Of a DNA stretch of 64,000 nt, positions 50,948-61,090 are shown piece by piece. Position 1 is the first letter of the stretch. Every line of letters begins with the position of its first letter. Origin of the DNA: an uncultured Spiribacter sp. (GTDB taxonomy: Bacteria > Pseudomonadota > Gammaproteobacteria > Nitrococcales > Nitrococcaceae); assembly GCA_937884605.1 (NCBI GenBank), contig CALGDM010000007.1:6714-70713 (forward strand). Reading direction: 5' to 3'. Both the position numbers and the translations under genes were made by a program. Below the pieces are notes generated by a model. That model was not told the origin of the DNA. It saw only the letters and a list, made by a program, of their open reading frames with translations, and did not search any database.

Positions 50948-52323
50948 GCAAGGCCTACGTGCTGGTCGTCGACGACGAGCCGGACATCCGCGAGCTGGTC
51001 CGCGAGATCCTCGAGGATGAGGGCTACGCGGTGGCAACGGCGGAAAGCGCCAGCCAGGCACGCTCGCTGCTGCGCGAGCGCACGCCGCAACTGGTGCTGC
51101 TGGATATCTGGATGCCCGGCGATGACGGGATTTCGTTGCTCAAGGAGTGGGCGCAGGGCGGTGTCTGTCCGTTCCCGGTGGTCATGATCTCGGGACACGG
51201 CACGGTGGAAACCGCTGTCGAGGCCACCCGTCACGGGGCGATGGACTTTGTTGAAAAGCCGCTGTCCATGGGCAAGCTGCTGGCAACGGTGGAGCAGGCG
51301 CTGGCCGCCCCCGGCGCCGTCGGCACCCCCGGCGATGCACCCGCCCCGGTCATCGAACCGGTGGGACGCAGCAGCGCCATGCGTGATCTGCGCGAACAGG
51401 CCGAACGGCTGGCCGGCACCGACAGCTGGGTGCTCATCAGTGGTGAGCCCGGCAGCGGCCGCAAATGCCTGGGGCGCTATATTCACAGTCTCAGCGAGCG
51501 CCGTTCGGGGCCGCTGGTGGAGGTGGCGGCCGGCACCATCGCCGGGCAATCGGCGGCTCAGGAGCTGTTCGGCCAGGTCCGACGCAGTCAGGTCATCCCC
51601 GGCCGGCTCGAGGCCGCCGCCGGTGGCACGGTGATCCTCGACGGTGCCGCCGACCTGGACGCCGAGGCGCAGACCCGGCTGGCCTCGGCGATCGATGCCG
51701 GCAGTTTTCAGCGGGTTGGCGGCTCGGAGCGCATTCCGCTCGACGTGCGCATGATTGCCATCAGCCGTCGCGATCTGACCGCCGAGGCCCAGGCCGGGCG
51801 CTTTCGACCGGATCTGGCCTATGCACTGAGCGTGATTCCGCTGACGGTCCCGCCCCTGCGCGAGCATGCCGAGGACATCCCCGAGCTGGTGGCCTTTCAG
51901 GTCGACCGGCTGGTCGAGCGCGAACAGCTCGGTTACCGTCGCTTTACAGTGGCGGCCCAGAACCGGCTGCGCAATCATGGCTGGCATGGCAATGTCCAGG
52001 AGCTGCACAACCTGGTGCAGCGGCTGCTGGTGCTGGGCGACGGCATCGACATTGAGGTCGAGGAGGTCGAAGCGGCGCTGAGCCAGCGCCCGGCGGTGAC
52101 CGGCGGTGAGAGCGACTGGCCGCAGGCACTGGCACTGCCACTGCGGGAGGCCCGCGAGCGTTTCGAGCGCGATTACCTGCAAAGGCAACTGCAGCGGGCC
52201 GACGGCAGTGTCGCGCAGCTGGCGCGACTGGCCGGCATGGAGCGCACCCATCTGTACCGCAAGCTGCGCGCTCTGGGCATTGACCCGCGCGAGGGCGGCG
52301 AATCCGGCGGAGGCCGTGCATGA
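50944..52323 (+). CDS. ntrX: NtrX-like response regulator (receiver, degenerate AAA+ domain, Fis-type HTH)
   Basis: The receiver is canonical ([26 protein letters not shown]). The central NtrC-like domain has no GAFTGA loop. The C-terminal HTH is [20 protein letters not shown]. Confidence 0.8.
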   Translation: MSKAYVLVVDDEPDIRELVREILEDEGYAVATAESASQARSLLRERTPQLVLLDIWMPGDDGISLLKEWAQGGVCPFPVVMISGHGTVETAVEATRHGAMDFVEKPLSMGKLLATVEQALAAPGAVGTPGDAPAPVIEPVGRSSAMRDLREQAERLAGTDSWVLISGEPGSGRKCLGRYIHSLSERRSGPLVEVAAGTIAGQSAAQELFGQVRRSQVIPGRLEAAAGGTVILDGAADLDAEAQTRLASAIDAGSFQRVGGSERIPLDVRMIAISRRDLTAEAQAGRFRPDLAYALSVIPLTVPPLREHAEDIPELVAFQVDRLVEREQLGYRRFTVAAQNRLRNHGWHGNVQELHNLVQRLLVLGDGIDIEVEEVEAALSQRPAVTGGESDWPQALALPLREARERFERDYLQRQLQRADGSVAQLARLAGMERTHLYRKLRALGIDPREGGESGGGRA

Positions 52324-53696
52324 AGATCATCATTCTGGGAGCCGGCCAGGTCGGGGGCACCGTGGCGGCCAACCTGACCAGCGAAGACAACGACATTACC
52401 GTGGTCGATCGCGACGGCCAGATCCTGCAGGCGCTCCAGGACCGGCTGGATCTGCGCACGGTCGCGGGTAACGCCACCTATCCGGCGGTGCTCGAGCGCG
52501 CCGGCGTCGATGACGCCGACATGGTGATCGCGGTCACCAACTCGGACGAGGCCAACATGGTGGCCTGCCAGATCTGCGCCACCCTGTTCCGCACTCCCAG
52601 CAAGATCGCCCGCGTGCGCGCCGTGGAGTACCTCTCGCACCCCCAGATCTTTGCCCCCGATGCCTTGCCCATCGACGTGCTCATCAGCCCCGAGCAATTG
52701 GTCACCCAGTACGTGCGACGCCTCATCGAGCACCCCGGCGCGCTGCAGGTGATGGATTTTGCCGATGGCAAGGTCCGCCTGGTGGGCGTACGCGCCTACT
52801 ATGGTGGCCCCCTGGTGGGCCAGGAGCTGCGCACCCTGCGCGAACATGTCCCGGGCGTGCAGACCCGCGTGGCGGCCATCTATCGCCGCGGCAGCGCCAT
52901 CATCCCCGAGGGTGAGACGGTGATCGAAGCCGGTGACGAGGTGTTCTTCGTGGCGGCGCGCAAAAACATCCGTGCCGTGATGAGCGAGCTGCGCCGGCTC
53001 GACAAGCCGGTCAAGCGCATCACCCTGGCCGGCGGCGGCAACATTGGGATGCGCCTGGCCCAGTCACTCGAGACGCAGTACCAGGTCAAGATCATCGAGC
53101 ACAATCCGCAGCGCTGTCGGGCGATTGCCGACGAGCTCAAAAAGACCATCGTGCTGCGCGGCGATGCCGCCGACGAAGACCTGCTGCTTGAGGAGAACAT
53201 CGAGAACACCGACGTGTTCTGTGCCCTGACCAACGATGACGAGGCCAACATCCTGGCGGCAATGCTGGCCAAGCGCCGCGGCGCGCGGACGGTCATGGCA
53301 TTGATCAACCGCGCCGCCTACGTCGATCTGATCCAGTCCAGCGACGACATCGATGTGGCGATTTCGCCGCAGCAGGCGACCATCGGCAGCCTGCTCGCGC
53401 ATATCCGTCGCGGTGACGTGGCGACGGTGCATAGCCTGCGCCGCGGCGCCGCCGAGGCCATCGAGGCGATCGCCCACGGCGATGCCGGCAGCTCGGAGGT
53501 GGTGGGCCGCCGCATCGATCAGATCCGCCTGCCGCGGGGCACCACCATCGGCGCCATCGTCCGTGGCGAAGAAGTGGTCATGGCCCATCACGACACGGTG
53601 ATCGAACCCGAAGACCACGTCATTCTCTTCCTCGTCGACAAGAGCCGGCTGCGAGACGTCGAAAAGCTCTTCTCGGTGGGCGTGACCTTTCTCTAG
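52320..53696 (+). CDS. trkA: Trk system potassium uptake protein TrkA
   Basis: [13 protein letters not shown] and a second Rossmann motif, [14 protein letters not shown], are present. The tandem RCK N/C domain architecture gives 458 aa. Confidence 0.93.
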   Translation: MKIIILGAGQVGGTVAANLTSEDNDITVVDRDGQILQALQDRLDLRTVAGNATYPAVLERAGVDDADMVIAVTNSDEANMVACQICATLFRTPSKIARVRAVEYLSHPQIFAPDALPIDVLISPEQLVTQYVRRLIEHPGALQVMDFADGKVRLVGVRAYYGGPLVGQELRTLREHVPGVQTRVAAIYRRGSAIIPEGETVIEAGDEVFFVAARKNIRAVMSELRRLDKPVKRITLAGGGNIGMRLAQSLETQYQVKIIEHNPQRCRAIADELKKTIVLRGDAADEDLLLEENIENTDVFCALTNDDEANILAAMLAKRRGARTVMALINRAAYVDLIQSSDDIDVAISPQQATIGSLLAHIRRGDVATVHSLRRGAAEAIEAIAHGDAGSSEVVGRRIDQIRLPRGTTIGAIVRGEEVVMAHHDTVIEPEDHVILFLVDKSRLRDVEKLFSVGVTFL

Positions 53697-53710
53697 GGAC
53701 CCGAGCGCTC

Positions 53711-55168
53711 ATGCATCCCGATGCCGTCCAACGCGTGCTGGGTGTCCTGCTGATGGTGTTCAGCATGACGATGCTGCCGCCGGCCCTGGTGAGCGTGATC
53801 GTGGCCGACGGGGTGGCCGAGGCGTTCTTTGTGACCTTCGGCCTGCTGCTGGCGGTGGGCGGGCTGCTCTGGGCGCCGGTCCGCCAGTCGCGTCGCGAGC
53901 TGCGCATCCGGGACGGGTTTTTCGTGGTGGCGATGTTCTGGGTGGTGCTGGGGGCCGCCGGCTCGCTGCCGCTGGCCCTCCAGAGCGTGGTGCCGCTTGC
54001 CTTCGTCGATGCCCTGTTCGAGAGCGTCTCGGGTCTGACCACCACCGGCGCCACGGCGTTGACCGGGCTCGATGACCTGCCCCTGTCGATCCTCTACTAC
54101 CGCCAGCAGCTGCAGTGGCTGGGCGGCATGGGCATTATCGTGCTGGCCGTGGCGATCCTGCCGATGCTCGGCATCGGCGGCATGCAGCTGTATCGCGCCG
54201 AGCTGCCCGGCCCGGTCAAGGATGCCAAGCTGACCCCACGCATTGCCGAGACCGCCAAGGCGCTGTGGTATATCTATCTGGGCCTGACGGTGGCCTGTGC
54301 CCTGGCCTACTGGGCGGCCGGCATGGGGGCGTTTGACGCGGTCATGCACGCCTTCACTACCATTGCCACCGGTGGTTTCTCGACCCATGACGCCAGCATG
54401 GGGTATTTCGACAGCGCCCTGATCGAGATGATCGCGGTGGTGTTCATGATCATCTCGGCGCTCAACTATTCCCTGCACTTCATGGCCTGGCGGCGCCGCA
54501 GCACCGAGCCGTGGCGCAGCGACCCCGAGCTGGTGACCTTTCTGACCGTGCTGGCCCTGGTGACGGTGCTGGTGCTGGGCGGGCTGCTGATCTATCAGGC
54601 CGCGCACAGCCTGGTGCTGGACGAGACCTGGCATCACGCCATCTTTCAGGTGGTCTCGTTTGCCACCACCACCGGCTACACCACCGCCTCGTATTATGTC
54701 TGGCCGGCCTTCCTGCCGGTGCTGCTGCTGTTCGTGGCGGTGGTCGGCGGCTGTGCGAATTCCACCTCGGGCGGGCTCAAGGTGGTGCGCATCCTGCTGC
54801 TCTGGCGCCAGGGCGGGCGCGAGATCCTGCGCCTGATCCATCCCCAGGCCCAGATCCCCGTCAAGGTCGGCGACCGGCCGGTCAGCGAGCGGGTCATCGA
54901 TGCGGTGTGGGGCTTCTTTGCCGCCTATGTGCTGCTGTTCGTGCTGCTGATGCTGCTGATGCTGGCCATGGGCCTGGACCAGATCACGGCGTTCTCGGCG
55001 GTCGCTTCGGGGCTTGCCAACCTGGGCCCGGCGCTGGGGGATGTCGCCGCCAACTTTGCCGGCGTGGGGGCGGGGCCCAAGCTGGTCATGTGCGTGGCAA
55101 TGATCATGGGCCGGCTCGAGATCTTCACCCTGCTGGTGCTTTTTACGCCGGCCTTCTGGCGGCGTTGA
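53711..55168 (+). CDS. trkH: Trk system potassium uptake protein TrkH
   Basis: 485 aa polytopic membrane protein with the selectivity-filter-like motifs GLTTTGAT, TIATGGFS and TTTGYT. Confidence 0.92.
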   Translation: MHPDAVQRVLGVLLMVFSMTMLPPALVSVIVADGVAEAFFVTFGLLLAVGGLLWAPVRQSRRELRIRDGFFVVAMFWVVLGAAGSLPLALQSVVPLAFVDALFESVSGLTTTGATALTGLDDLPLSILYYRQQLQWLGGMGIIVLAVAILPMLGIGGMQLYRAELPGPVKDAKLTPRIAETAKALWYIYLGLTVACALAYWAAGMGAFDAVMHAFTTIATGGFSTHDASMGYFDSALIEMIAVVFMIISALNYSLHFMAWRRRSTEPWRSDPELVTFLTVLALVTVLVLGGLLIYQAAHSLVLDETWHHAIFQVVSFATTTGYTTASYYVWPAFLPVLLLFVAVVGGCANSTSGGLKVVRILLLWRQGGREILRLIHPQAQIPVKVGDRPVSERVIDAVWGFFAAYVLLFVLLMLLMLAMGLDQITAFSAVASGLANLGPALGDVAANFAGVGAGPKLVMCVAMIMGRLEIFTLLVLFTPAFWRR

Positions 55169-55193
55169 TGCCCGGCTTGATAGCCTGCTCGGC

Positions 55194-55505
55194 ATGGATA
55201 TCGAAGCACTGAAAAAGATGATCGATGGTGGGCGCGATGGCGCCATGCCGCGCCTGACGCTGGGCGAGGCGCTGGCCCGAGAGGGTGACACCGAGGCGGC
55301 GCAGGCGCATCTGCGTCGCGCCATCGAATTTGATCCCGATTACTCGGCCGCCTGGCGGGCGCTGGGACGGCTGCAGCTGAAGGCCGGTGAGCGCGAAGCC
55401 GCCACCGAGACCTTCCGCAGTGGTCTGGAGGCGGCGCGCCGGCGCGGCGACATGCAGATCGTCAAAGAGCTCGAGGTGCGCCTCAAACGCCTGGACGGGC
55501 AGTGA
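55194..55505 (+). CDS. Small TPR-repeat protein
   Basis: 103 aa with TPR-like helices ([35 protein letters not shown]). It is tightly packed between trkH and dtd, and its stop overlaps the dtd GTG. Confidence 0.55.
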   Translation: MDIEALKKMIDGGRDGAMPRLTLGEALAREGDTEAAQAHLRRAIEFDPDYSAAWRALGRLQLKAGEREAATETFRSGLEAARRRGDMQIVKELEVRLKRLDGQ

Positions 55506-55954
55506 TCGGTCTGCTCCAGCGCGTTACCCGGGCCGAGGTCCGGGTTGACGGTGACTCAGTGGGGGTCATCGATGCCGGTCTGCTGGTGCTGGTGGGTGTC
55601 GAGCAGGGCGATACGGCGGCGGGCGGCACGCGTCTGCTCGAGCGGTTGCTGGGCTATCGGGTGTTCGCTGACGATAACGGCCGCATGAACCGCAGCCTGA
55701 GCGACACCGGCGGCGGTCTTCTGCTGGTCCCGCAGTTCACCCTGGTGGCGGAGACCCACAAGGGCACGCGGCCGGGGTTTTCCGCCGCCGCGCCGCCCGC
55801 CACCGCCGCCCGGCGCTTTGATCAGCTGGTGGCCGAGGCCCATCGCCGGCATCCCCGGGTGCAGGCCGGCGTGTTCGGCGCCGATATGCAGGTCAGCCTG
55901 TGCAACGACGGGCCGGTGACCTTCTGGCTGAGCGTACCGCCCGACTCAAAGTAA
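55502..55954 (+). CDS. dtd: D-aminoacyl-tRNA deacylase
   Basis: [30 protein letters not shown] and the end motif NDGPVTFWL are present. Confidence 0.9.
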   Translation: MIGLLQRVTRAEVRVDGDSVGVIDAGLLVLVGVEQGDTAAGGTRLLERLLGYRVFADDNGRMNRSLSDTGGGLLLVPQFTLVAETHKGTRPGFSAAAPPATAARRFDQLVAEAHRRHPRVQAGVFGADMQVSLCNDGPVTFWLSVPPDSK

Positions 55955-56004
55955 CCGCGGCGGCGTGCTATCCTTCGGCGCATTCATTGCAAGGCGCCAC
56001 ACGC

Positions 56005-56598
56005 ATGAGCGAACGCAAGGCAACCATTGAGCGGGACACCCTTGAGACGCGCATCCGGATCGGTCTCGATCTGGACGGATCCGGGGCGGGCACGCGCCAG
56101 ACCGGCGTGGGGTTTTTTGACCACATGCTCGACCAGCTGGCCCGTCACGGACTGTTCGATCTGGACGTCAGCGCCGCCGGCGATCTGCACATCGACGCCC
56201 ATCACACCGTTGAGGATGTCGGCATTGCGCTGGGTCAGGCGTTTGCGGCCGCCGTGGGCGACAAGCGCGGCATCGTCCGCTACGGCCACGCCTTCTGTCC
56301 CCTCGACGAGGCGCTGTCGCGGGTGGTTGTCGACCTTTCGGGCCGGCCCGGGCTGTATTACCGGGTGACATTCCCCGCCGCCCGGGTTGGCGATTTCGAC
56401 ACCGAGCTGGTGCGCGAATTCTGGCAGGGCTTTGCCAGCCAGGCGGCGGTGACGCTGCACATGGACAGCCTGCAGGGGGACAACGCCCACCATGTCGCCG
56501 AGACCCTGTTCAAGGCCGGCGGCCGGGCCCTGCGCATGGCCTGCAGCACTGATCCGCGCGGCACCCACGCGCTGCCGTCGACAAAGGGCACGCTGTGA
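56005..56598 (+). CDS. hisB: Imidazoleglycerol-phosphate dehydratase
   Basis: [44 protein letters not shown] and NAHH..E..FKA are present. The start is set at the ATG at 56005. Confidence 0.93.
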   Translation: MSERKATIERDTLETRIRIGLDLDGSGAGTRQTGVGFFDHMLDQLARHGLFDLDVSAAGDLHIDAHHTVEDVGIALGQAFAAAVGDKRGIVRYGHAFCPLDEALSRVVVDLSGRPGLYYRVTFPAARVGDFDTELVREFWQGFASQAAVTLHMDSLQGDNAHHVAETLFKAGGRALRMACSTDPRGTHALPSTKGTL

Positions 56599-57230
56599 TC
56601 GCGATCATCGACTATGGCATGGGCAACCTGCGCTCGGTGGAGCGCGCGCTGACCCACGTGGGTGCCGCCGAGGTGCGTGTCACTGACGACCCCACGGTCA
56701 TCGAGGCCGCCGACCGGGTGGTGTTTCCCGGCCAGGGCGCAGTGCGCGATTGCATGAGTGCCCTGCATCGCTATGAGCTGGTGGATGTGCTGGGCCGGGT
56801 GATGCGCGATCGCCCGTTTCTGGGGATCTGCATGGGGATGCAGGCGCTGATGAGCCGCAGCGAAGAAAACGACGGCGTGCAGGCGCTGGGGTATTTCGAT
56901 GGCACCGTGCGGCATTTCCGGCACCTGACCGGGGGTGATCCGCAGCTCAAGATTCCGCACATGGGCTGGAACCGGCTTGAACAGACGCGGCCGCATCCGC
57001 TGTTTGCGGGCATCGAGCCGGGGACGCGCTTTTACTTTGTGCACAGCTACTACGTTGAGCCGGCCGATGCATCCATCATCCAGGGCCGCAGCGACTATGG
57101 CGCGCCGTTTGCCGCGGCGATCGGCGCCGACAATGTCTTTGCGACCCAGTTTCACCCCGAAAAAAGCCAGGCCCCCGGCCTGCGGCTGCTCGAGAACTTT
57201 CTTGCCTGGGATGGAGAACCATGCAGCTGA
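56595..57230 (+). CDS. hisH: Imidazole glycerol phosphate synthase, glutamine amidotransferase subunit
   Basis: [14 protein letters not shown], the catalytic Cys in GICMGMQ, YFVHSY, and QFHPEKS are present. Confidence 0.93.
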   Translation: MIAIIDYGMGNLRSVERALTHVGAAEVRVTDDPTVIEAADRVVFPGQGAVRDCMSALHRYELVDVLGRVMRDRPFLGICMGMQALMSRSEENDGVQALGYFDGTVRHFRHLTGGDPQLKIPHMGWNRLEQTRPHPLFAGIEPGTRFYFVHSYYVEPADASIIQGRSDYGAPFAAAIGADNVFATQFHPEKSQAPGLRLLENFLAWDGEPCS

Positions 57231-57964
57231 TACCCGCCATTGATCTCAAGGATGGCAAATGCGTGCGCCTGCGCCAGGGGCGCATGGTGGATGAGACGGT
57301 CTTCTCCGATGACCCGCTTGCGGTGGCCGATCGCTGGGTCGAGGCCGGCGCCCGGCGCCTGCACCTGGTGGATCTGGACGGGGCGCTGGCGGGGTTCCCC
57401 GTCAATGCCGATCTGATCGGCCGCATCGCCGAGGCCCATCCGGGCATCGAGGTGCAGGTCGGCGGCGGTCTGCGCAGCTTCGAGGTCATTCAGACCTATC
57501 TCGACGTGGGTGTGAACTACGTGATCATCGGCACCCAGGCGGTGCGCACGCCGAGCTTTGTCGACGATGCCTGCCTGGAGTTTCCGGGCCGCATCATGGT
57601 TGGCCTCGACGCCCGCGAAGGCCGCGTCGCCACTGATGGCTGGGAGAGCGTCTCGACCCTCACCGCCAGCGATCTGGCGCGGCGCTTTGAAGACGCGGGT
57701 GTCGATTCCATCGTGTTCACCGACATCGGCCGCGACGGCATGATGCGCGGCAGCAATGTCGAGGCCACCGCGGAGCTGGCCCGGGCCATCGATATCCCGG
57801 TGATCGCCTCGGGCGGGGTCACCGGTCTGGATGATGTCCGCGAGCTCTGCCAGGTGGCCGATTCGGGGATCAGTGGCGCCATCGTGGGCCGCGCGCTCTA
57901 TGAGGGCAGCATCGATCTGGCCGAGGCCCAGCGCCTGGCCGACGAGACGGTGGGCGGGCGCTGA
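57221..57964 (+). CDS. hisA: 1-(5-phosphoribosyl)-5-[(5-phosphoribosylamino)methylideneamino]imidazole-4-carboxamide isomerase
   Basis: [41 protein letters not shown] and ASGGV are present. Confidence 0.93.
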   Translation: MQLIPAIDLKDGKCVRLRQGRMVDETVFSDDPLAVADRWVEAGARRLHLVDLDGALAGFPVNADLIGRIAEAHPGIEVQVGGGLRSFEVIQTYLDVGVNYVIIGTQAVRTPSFVDDACLEFPGRIMVGLDAREGRVATDGWESVSTLTASDLARRFEDAGVDSIVFTDIGRDGMMRGSNVEATAELARAIDIPVIASGGVTGLDDVRELCQVADSGISGAIVGRALYEGSIDLAEAQRLADETVGGR

Positions 57965-57966
57965 GC

Positions 57967-58737
57967 ATGGGCGTCGCGCGCCGCATCATCCCCTGCCTTG
58001 ATATCAACGCCGGCCGCGTCGTGAAGGGCGTCCAGTTTGTGGACATCCGCGATGCCGGTGATCCGGTGGAAATCGCCCGGCGCTATGACCGTGCCGGCGC
58101 GGATGAGCTGACCTTTCTGGACATCACCGCCAGCCACGAGCAGCGCGATACCCTGGTGCATACCGTCGAGGCAGTCGCCTCGGAGGTGTTCATCCCGCTG
58201 ACCGTGGGCGGTGGGATCCGCTCGGTGGCGGATGTGCGCCGCATGCTTAATGCCGGGGCCGACAAGGTCTCGATCAACACCGCGGCGATCCATGATCCGG
58301 ACCTGGTGAGCGAGGCCGCGGCCCGTTTCGGCTCGCAGTGCATTGTCGTGGCGGTGGACGCAAAACGCCGGGGCGGTACCGACGATGATCCGCGCTGGGA
58401 GGTGTTCACCCACGGCGGACGCCATCCCACCGGTCTGGATGCCATCGACTGGGCGCAACGCATGGCCGAGGCCGGCGCCGGCGAGCTGCTGGTGACCAGC
58501 ATGGATCGTGACGGCACCCGGACGGGATTTGACAATGCGCTCAACCGCGCCATCTCCGAGCAGGCCGGCGTGCCGCTGATCGCCTCGGGTGGGGTCGGCA
58601 ATCTCCAGCATCTGGTGGACGGCGTGATTGAGGGACGGGCCGATGCGGTGCTGGCCGCCAGCATCTTTCATTTCGGCGAATACACCATCGCCGAGGCAAA
58701 GATCTGCATGGCCGAGGCGGGGATCGAGGTGCGCTGA
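57967..58737 (+). CDS. hisF: Imidazole glycerol phosphate synthase, cyclase subunit
   Basis: [40 protein letters not shown] and ASGGVG are present. Confidence 0.95.
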   Translation: MGVARRIIPCLDINAGRVVKGVQFVDIRDAGDPVEIARRYDRAGADELTFLDITASHEQRDTLVHTVEAVASEVFIPLTVGGGIRSVADVRRMLNAGADKVSINTAAIHDPDLVSEAAARFGSQCIVVAVDAKRRGGTDDDPRWEVFTHGGRHPTGLDAIDWAQRMAEAGAGELLVTSMDRDGTRTGFDNALNRAISEQAGVPLIASGGVGNLQHLVDGVIEGRADAVLAASIFHFGEYTIAEAKICMAEAGIEVR

Positions 58738-59132
58738 TGGATTGGCTGGATGCGATTGCCTGGAACGCCGACGGCCTGGTGCCGGTGATTGCCCAGGATG
58801 CCGATGACGGCCGCGTGCTGATGATGGCCTGGATGAGCCCGCAGACCCTCGAGACCACCCGCCGGCTCGGCGAAGCGGTCTACTGGTCGCGCTCCCGCCA
58901 GCGGCCGTGGCACAAGGGCGAGTCCTCGGGCAATGTCCAGCGGGTGCGGGCGATCAGCCTTGACTGCGATGGCGACGCCCTGCTGCTGCAGGTCGAGCAG
59001 CGCGGCGGCGTGGCCTGTCACACCGGGCGGCGGAGCTGCTTCTATCGTCGACTCGCGGCGGATGGCTGGCAGATCACCGATCGCGTGCGGCGCGATCCCG
59101 CCGCTATGTATGGAGAAGGCACCGATGAGTGA
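58737..59132 (+). CDS. hisI: Phosphoribosyl-AMP cyclohydrolase
   Basis: [28 protein letters not shown] and [10 protein letters not shown]...G.ACHTG..SCF are present. Its ATG shares one base with the hisF TGA (TGATG). Confidence 0.9.
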   Translation: MDWLDAIAWNADGLVPVIAQDADDGRVLMMAWMSPQTLETTRRLGEAVYWSRSRQRPWHKGESSGNVQRVRAISLDCDGDALLLQVEQRGGVACHTGRRSCFYRRLAADGWQITDRVRRDPAAMYGEGTDE

Positions 59133-59454
59133 CGAGATTCTGCGCCGCCTGGACGCGGTTCTGGCGGCGCGACGCGAGGCCGATCCGGAAAGCTCCTACG
59201 TGGCGGGGCTGCATGCGGCGGGCATTGATCGCATCCTCCGCAAGCTTGGCGAGGAATGCACCGAAACCGTGGTTGCGTCGAAGAACGGCGAGCGTGACGA
59301 TATCGTTTATGAAACCGCGGATCTGTGGTTCCATAGCCTTGTCATGCTCTCGCATCACGGGCTTGATTCCGAGTCGGTGCTTGCCGAGCTTGAGCGCCGT
59401 TTCGGGCTCTCCGGAGTCGCCGAAAAGGCGGCCCGGAACAAACAGGGGCAGTAA
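59125..59454 (+). CDS. hisE: Phosphoribosyl-ATP pyrophosphatase
   Basis: SYVAGL...[11 protein letters not shown] and [10 protein letters not shown] are present. The ATG at 59125 lies after GGAGAAGG, and an alternative ATG is at 59110. It is a separate gene from hisI, with a small overlap. Confidence 0.88.
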   Translation: MSDEILRRLDAVLAARREADPESSYVAGLHAAGIDRILRKLGEECTETVVASKNGERDDIVYETADLWFHSLVMLSHHGLDSESVLAELERRFGLSGVAEKAARNKQGQ

Positions 59455-59486
59455 TGCCCATTGGCACGCGCTGGAGGTAATCCGTT

Positions 59487-59771
59487 ATGGGTCCTGGTGG
59501 AATCAGTCCCTGGTCTCTTTTATTGATACTGGTCATTGTGCTGTTGCTGTTCGGCACCAAGAAGCTGCGCAACGTGGGCACTGATCTGGGTGGTGCGCTC
59601 AAGGGATTCAAGAGCGCCATGAGTGACGGCGAAAAAGCGGCAAAGGACGGCGAGAACAGTCAGCAAGACCCGGAAAGCCTCGAGGAGAACGACGCCGACA
59701 GCGACGCCGCGTCCTCGACGGCCCGACGCGAGCAGGTCAAGGAAAAGGACTCGTCCGGCGGCAACGCCTGA
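59487..59771 (+). CDS. tatA: Sec-independent protein translocase TatA
   Basis: [34 protein letters not shown] is present. GGAGG lies 9 nt upstream. Confidence 0.9.
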   Translation: MGPGGISPWSLLLILVIVLLLFGTKKLRNVGTDLGGALKGFKSAMSDGEKAAKDGENSQQDPESLEENDADSDAASSTARREQVKEKDSSGGNA

Positions 59772-59790
59772 CCGCCGGAGGAACGCGTTC

Positions 59791-60123
59791 ATGCTGGATG
59801 TCAGCTTCTGGGAGTTGCTGATCATCGGGGCGATCGCCCTGGTGGTCGTCGGCCCCGAGCGTCTGCCCCGCCTTATGCGCACCCTGGGATTGTGGGCGGG
59901 ACGCGCGCGCGCGTCGTTTCAGTCGATCCGCGATGAGGTCGAGCGCGAGGTCAACATCGATGGCGTCCAGCAGACCCGCCGCGCGGTGGATCGCGAGGCC
60001 AATGAGGCCAAGCGCAAGGTCACCGATGCGGTGGGCCAGGTCGACCCCGCCCGTGAGTCCGGCGAATCCCGCGAGTCCGGCGAGCCCCCGGCGTCGAAAG
60101 ACACGGGAGATGAATCCCGGTGA
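59791..60123 (+). CDS. tatB: Sec-independent protein translocase TatB
   Basis: MLDVSFWELLIIGAIALVVVGPERLP is the TatB-type TM plus hinge. The acidic C-terminus carries an ESGESRESGE repeat. Confidence 0.85.
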   Translation: MLDVSFWELLIIGAIALVVVGPERLPRLMRTLGLWAGRARASFQSIRDEVEREVNIDGVQQTRRAVDREANEAKRKVTDAVGQVDPARESGESRESGEPPASKDTGDESR

Positions 60124-60899
60124 GTGATCCCGCCAGCGACTCCAACGCAGCGGATCCCGACCGCCCGCTGCTGACGCACCTGCTCGAGCTTCGCACCCGG
60201 CTGCTGTACGCCGGCGGCTGCGTGCTGGTGCTGTTCCTGGCGGTCTACCCGTTCCGCGAGCCGCTCTATACCGCGCTCGCCGATCCGCTGATGGCGGTGC
60301 TGCCGCCGGGCACCTCGATGATCGCTACCCAGGTGGCGACGCCGTTTCTGATCCCGCTCAAGGTCGCGCTGGCCGGCGCGTTTTTCCTGAGTGTGCCGTT
60401 TCTGCTCTACCAGCTCTGGGCGTTTGTGGCGCCCGGGCTCTACCGCCACGAAAAGCGCCTGATCTGGCCGCTGGTGATCTCCAGCGTGCTGCTGTTCTAT
60501 CTGGGCATGGCCTTCGCCTACTTTGTGGTCTTTCCGCTGGTGTTCCAGTTCTTTGCCTCGGCGACACCGGATGGCGTGTCGATGATGACCGATATCGGCG
60601 AGTATCTGTCGTTCATCATGACGCTGTTCTTTGCCTTTGGGGCGTCCTTCGAGGTGCCCGTCGCCACCATCCTGATGGTGCGCAGCGGCGCCACGACGCG
60701 TCAGGCACTGGCCGCGAAGCGCCCGTTCGTGATCGTGGCGGCGTTTACCGTGGGCATGCTGCTGACGCCCCCCGACATCATCTCGCAGGTGCTGCTGGCG
60801 GTGCCGGTGTGGCTGCTGTTCGAGCTGGGGATCTTTTTCTCGCGCTGGTTCGAGGCACCGGCGGATGGTCGCCCGGTTTCTGAAGACGAAGAGTCATGA
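60120..60899 (+). CDS. tatC: Sec-independent protein translocase TatC
   Basis: LLTHLLELRTRLL is followed by a six-TM profile, F..PGLY..E and TPPD..SQ. The GTG start overlaps the tatB stop. Confidence 0.93.
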   Translation: MSDPASDSNAADPDRPLLTHLLELRTRLLYAGGCVLVLFLAVYPFREPLYTALADPLMAVLPPGTSMIATQVATPFLIPLKVALAGAFFLSVPFLLYQLWAFVAPGLYRHEKRLIWPLVISSVLLFYLGMAFAYFVVFPLVFQFFASATPDGVSMMTDIGEYLSFIMTLFFAFGASFEVPVATILMVRSGATTRQALAAKRPFVIVAAFTVGMLLTPPDIISQVLLAVPVWLLFELGIFFSRWFEAPADGRPVSEDEES

Positions 60900-61090
60900 T
60901 GCCCCGTGTCCCGCCCCGCAATTACCTGACTTCAAGGTCAGTTCTGGCGGCACCCGCAGGGGGTAACGGTTTTTCGGTCGCCTGCTGGCGCTCGTAAATG
61001 CCCATTGGCGTTGCGTTTAAGGGGGCTGCGGGTTAACTTGCACATACGCCAGAAACAGGCCTCCCCACCGCAGATGCCAGGTAAACTGCC

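Noticed and set aside
60900-61090. The sucA upstream region contains a possible promoter: TTGCGT (61011..61016), a 17-nt spacer, and TAACTT (61034..61039). It also has an 8-bp long-range complementarity (ACCCGCAG at 60952..60959 with CTGCGGGT at 61026..61033) and a weak 5-bp hairpin after tatC (CTGAC/GTCAG, around 60926..60941).
   Set aside because: The promoter guess and the long-range stem are mutually inconsistent, because the stem's 3' arm would lie in the promoter spacer. Each signal is weak on its own, and I recognise no riboswitch or sRNA signature. Without TSS or conservation data this is not supportable as a feature.
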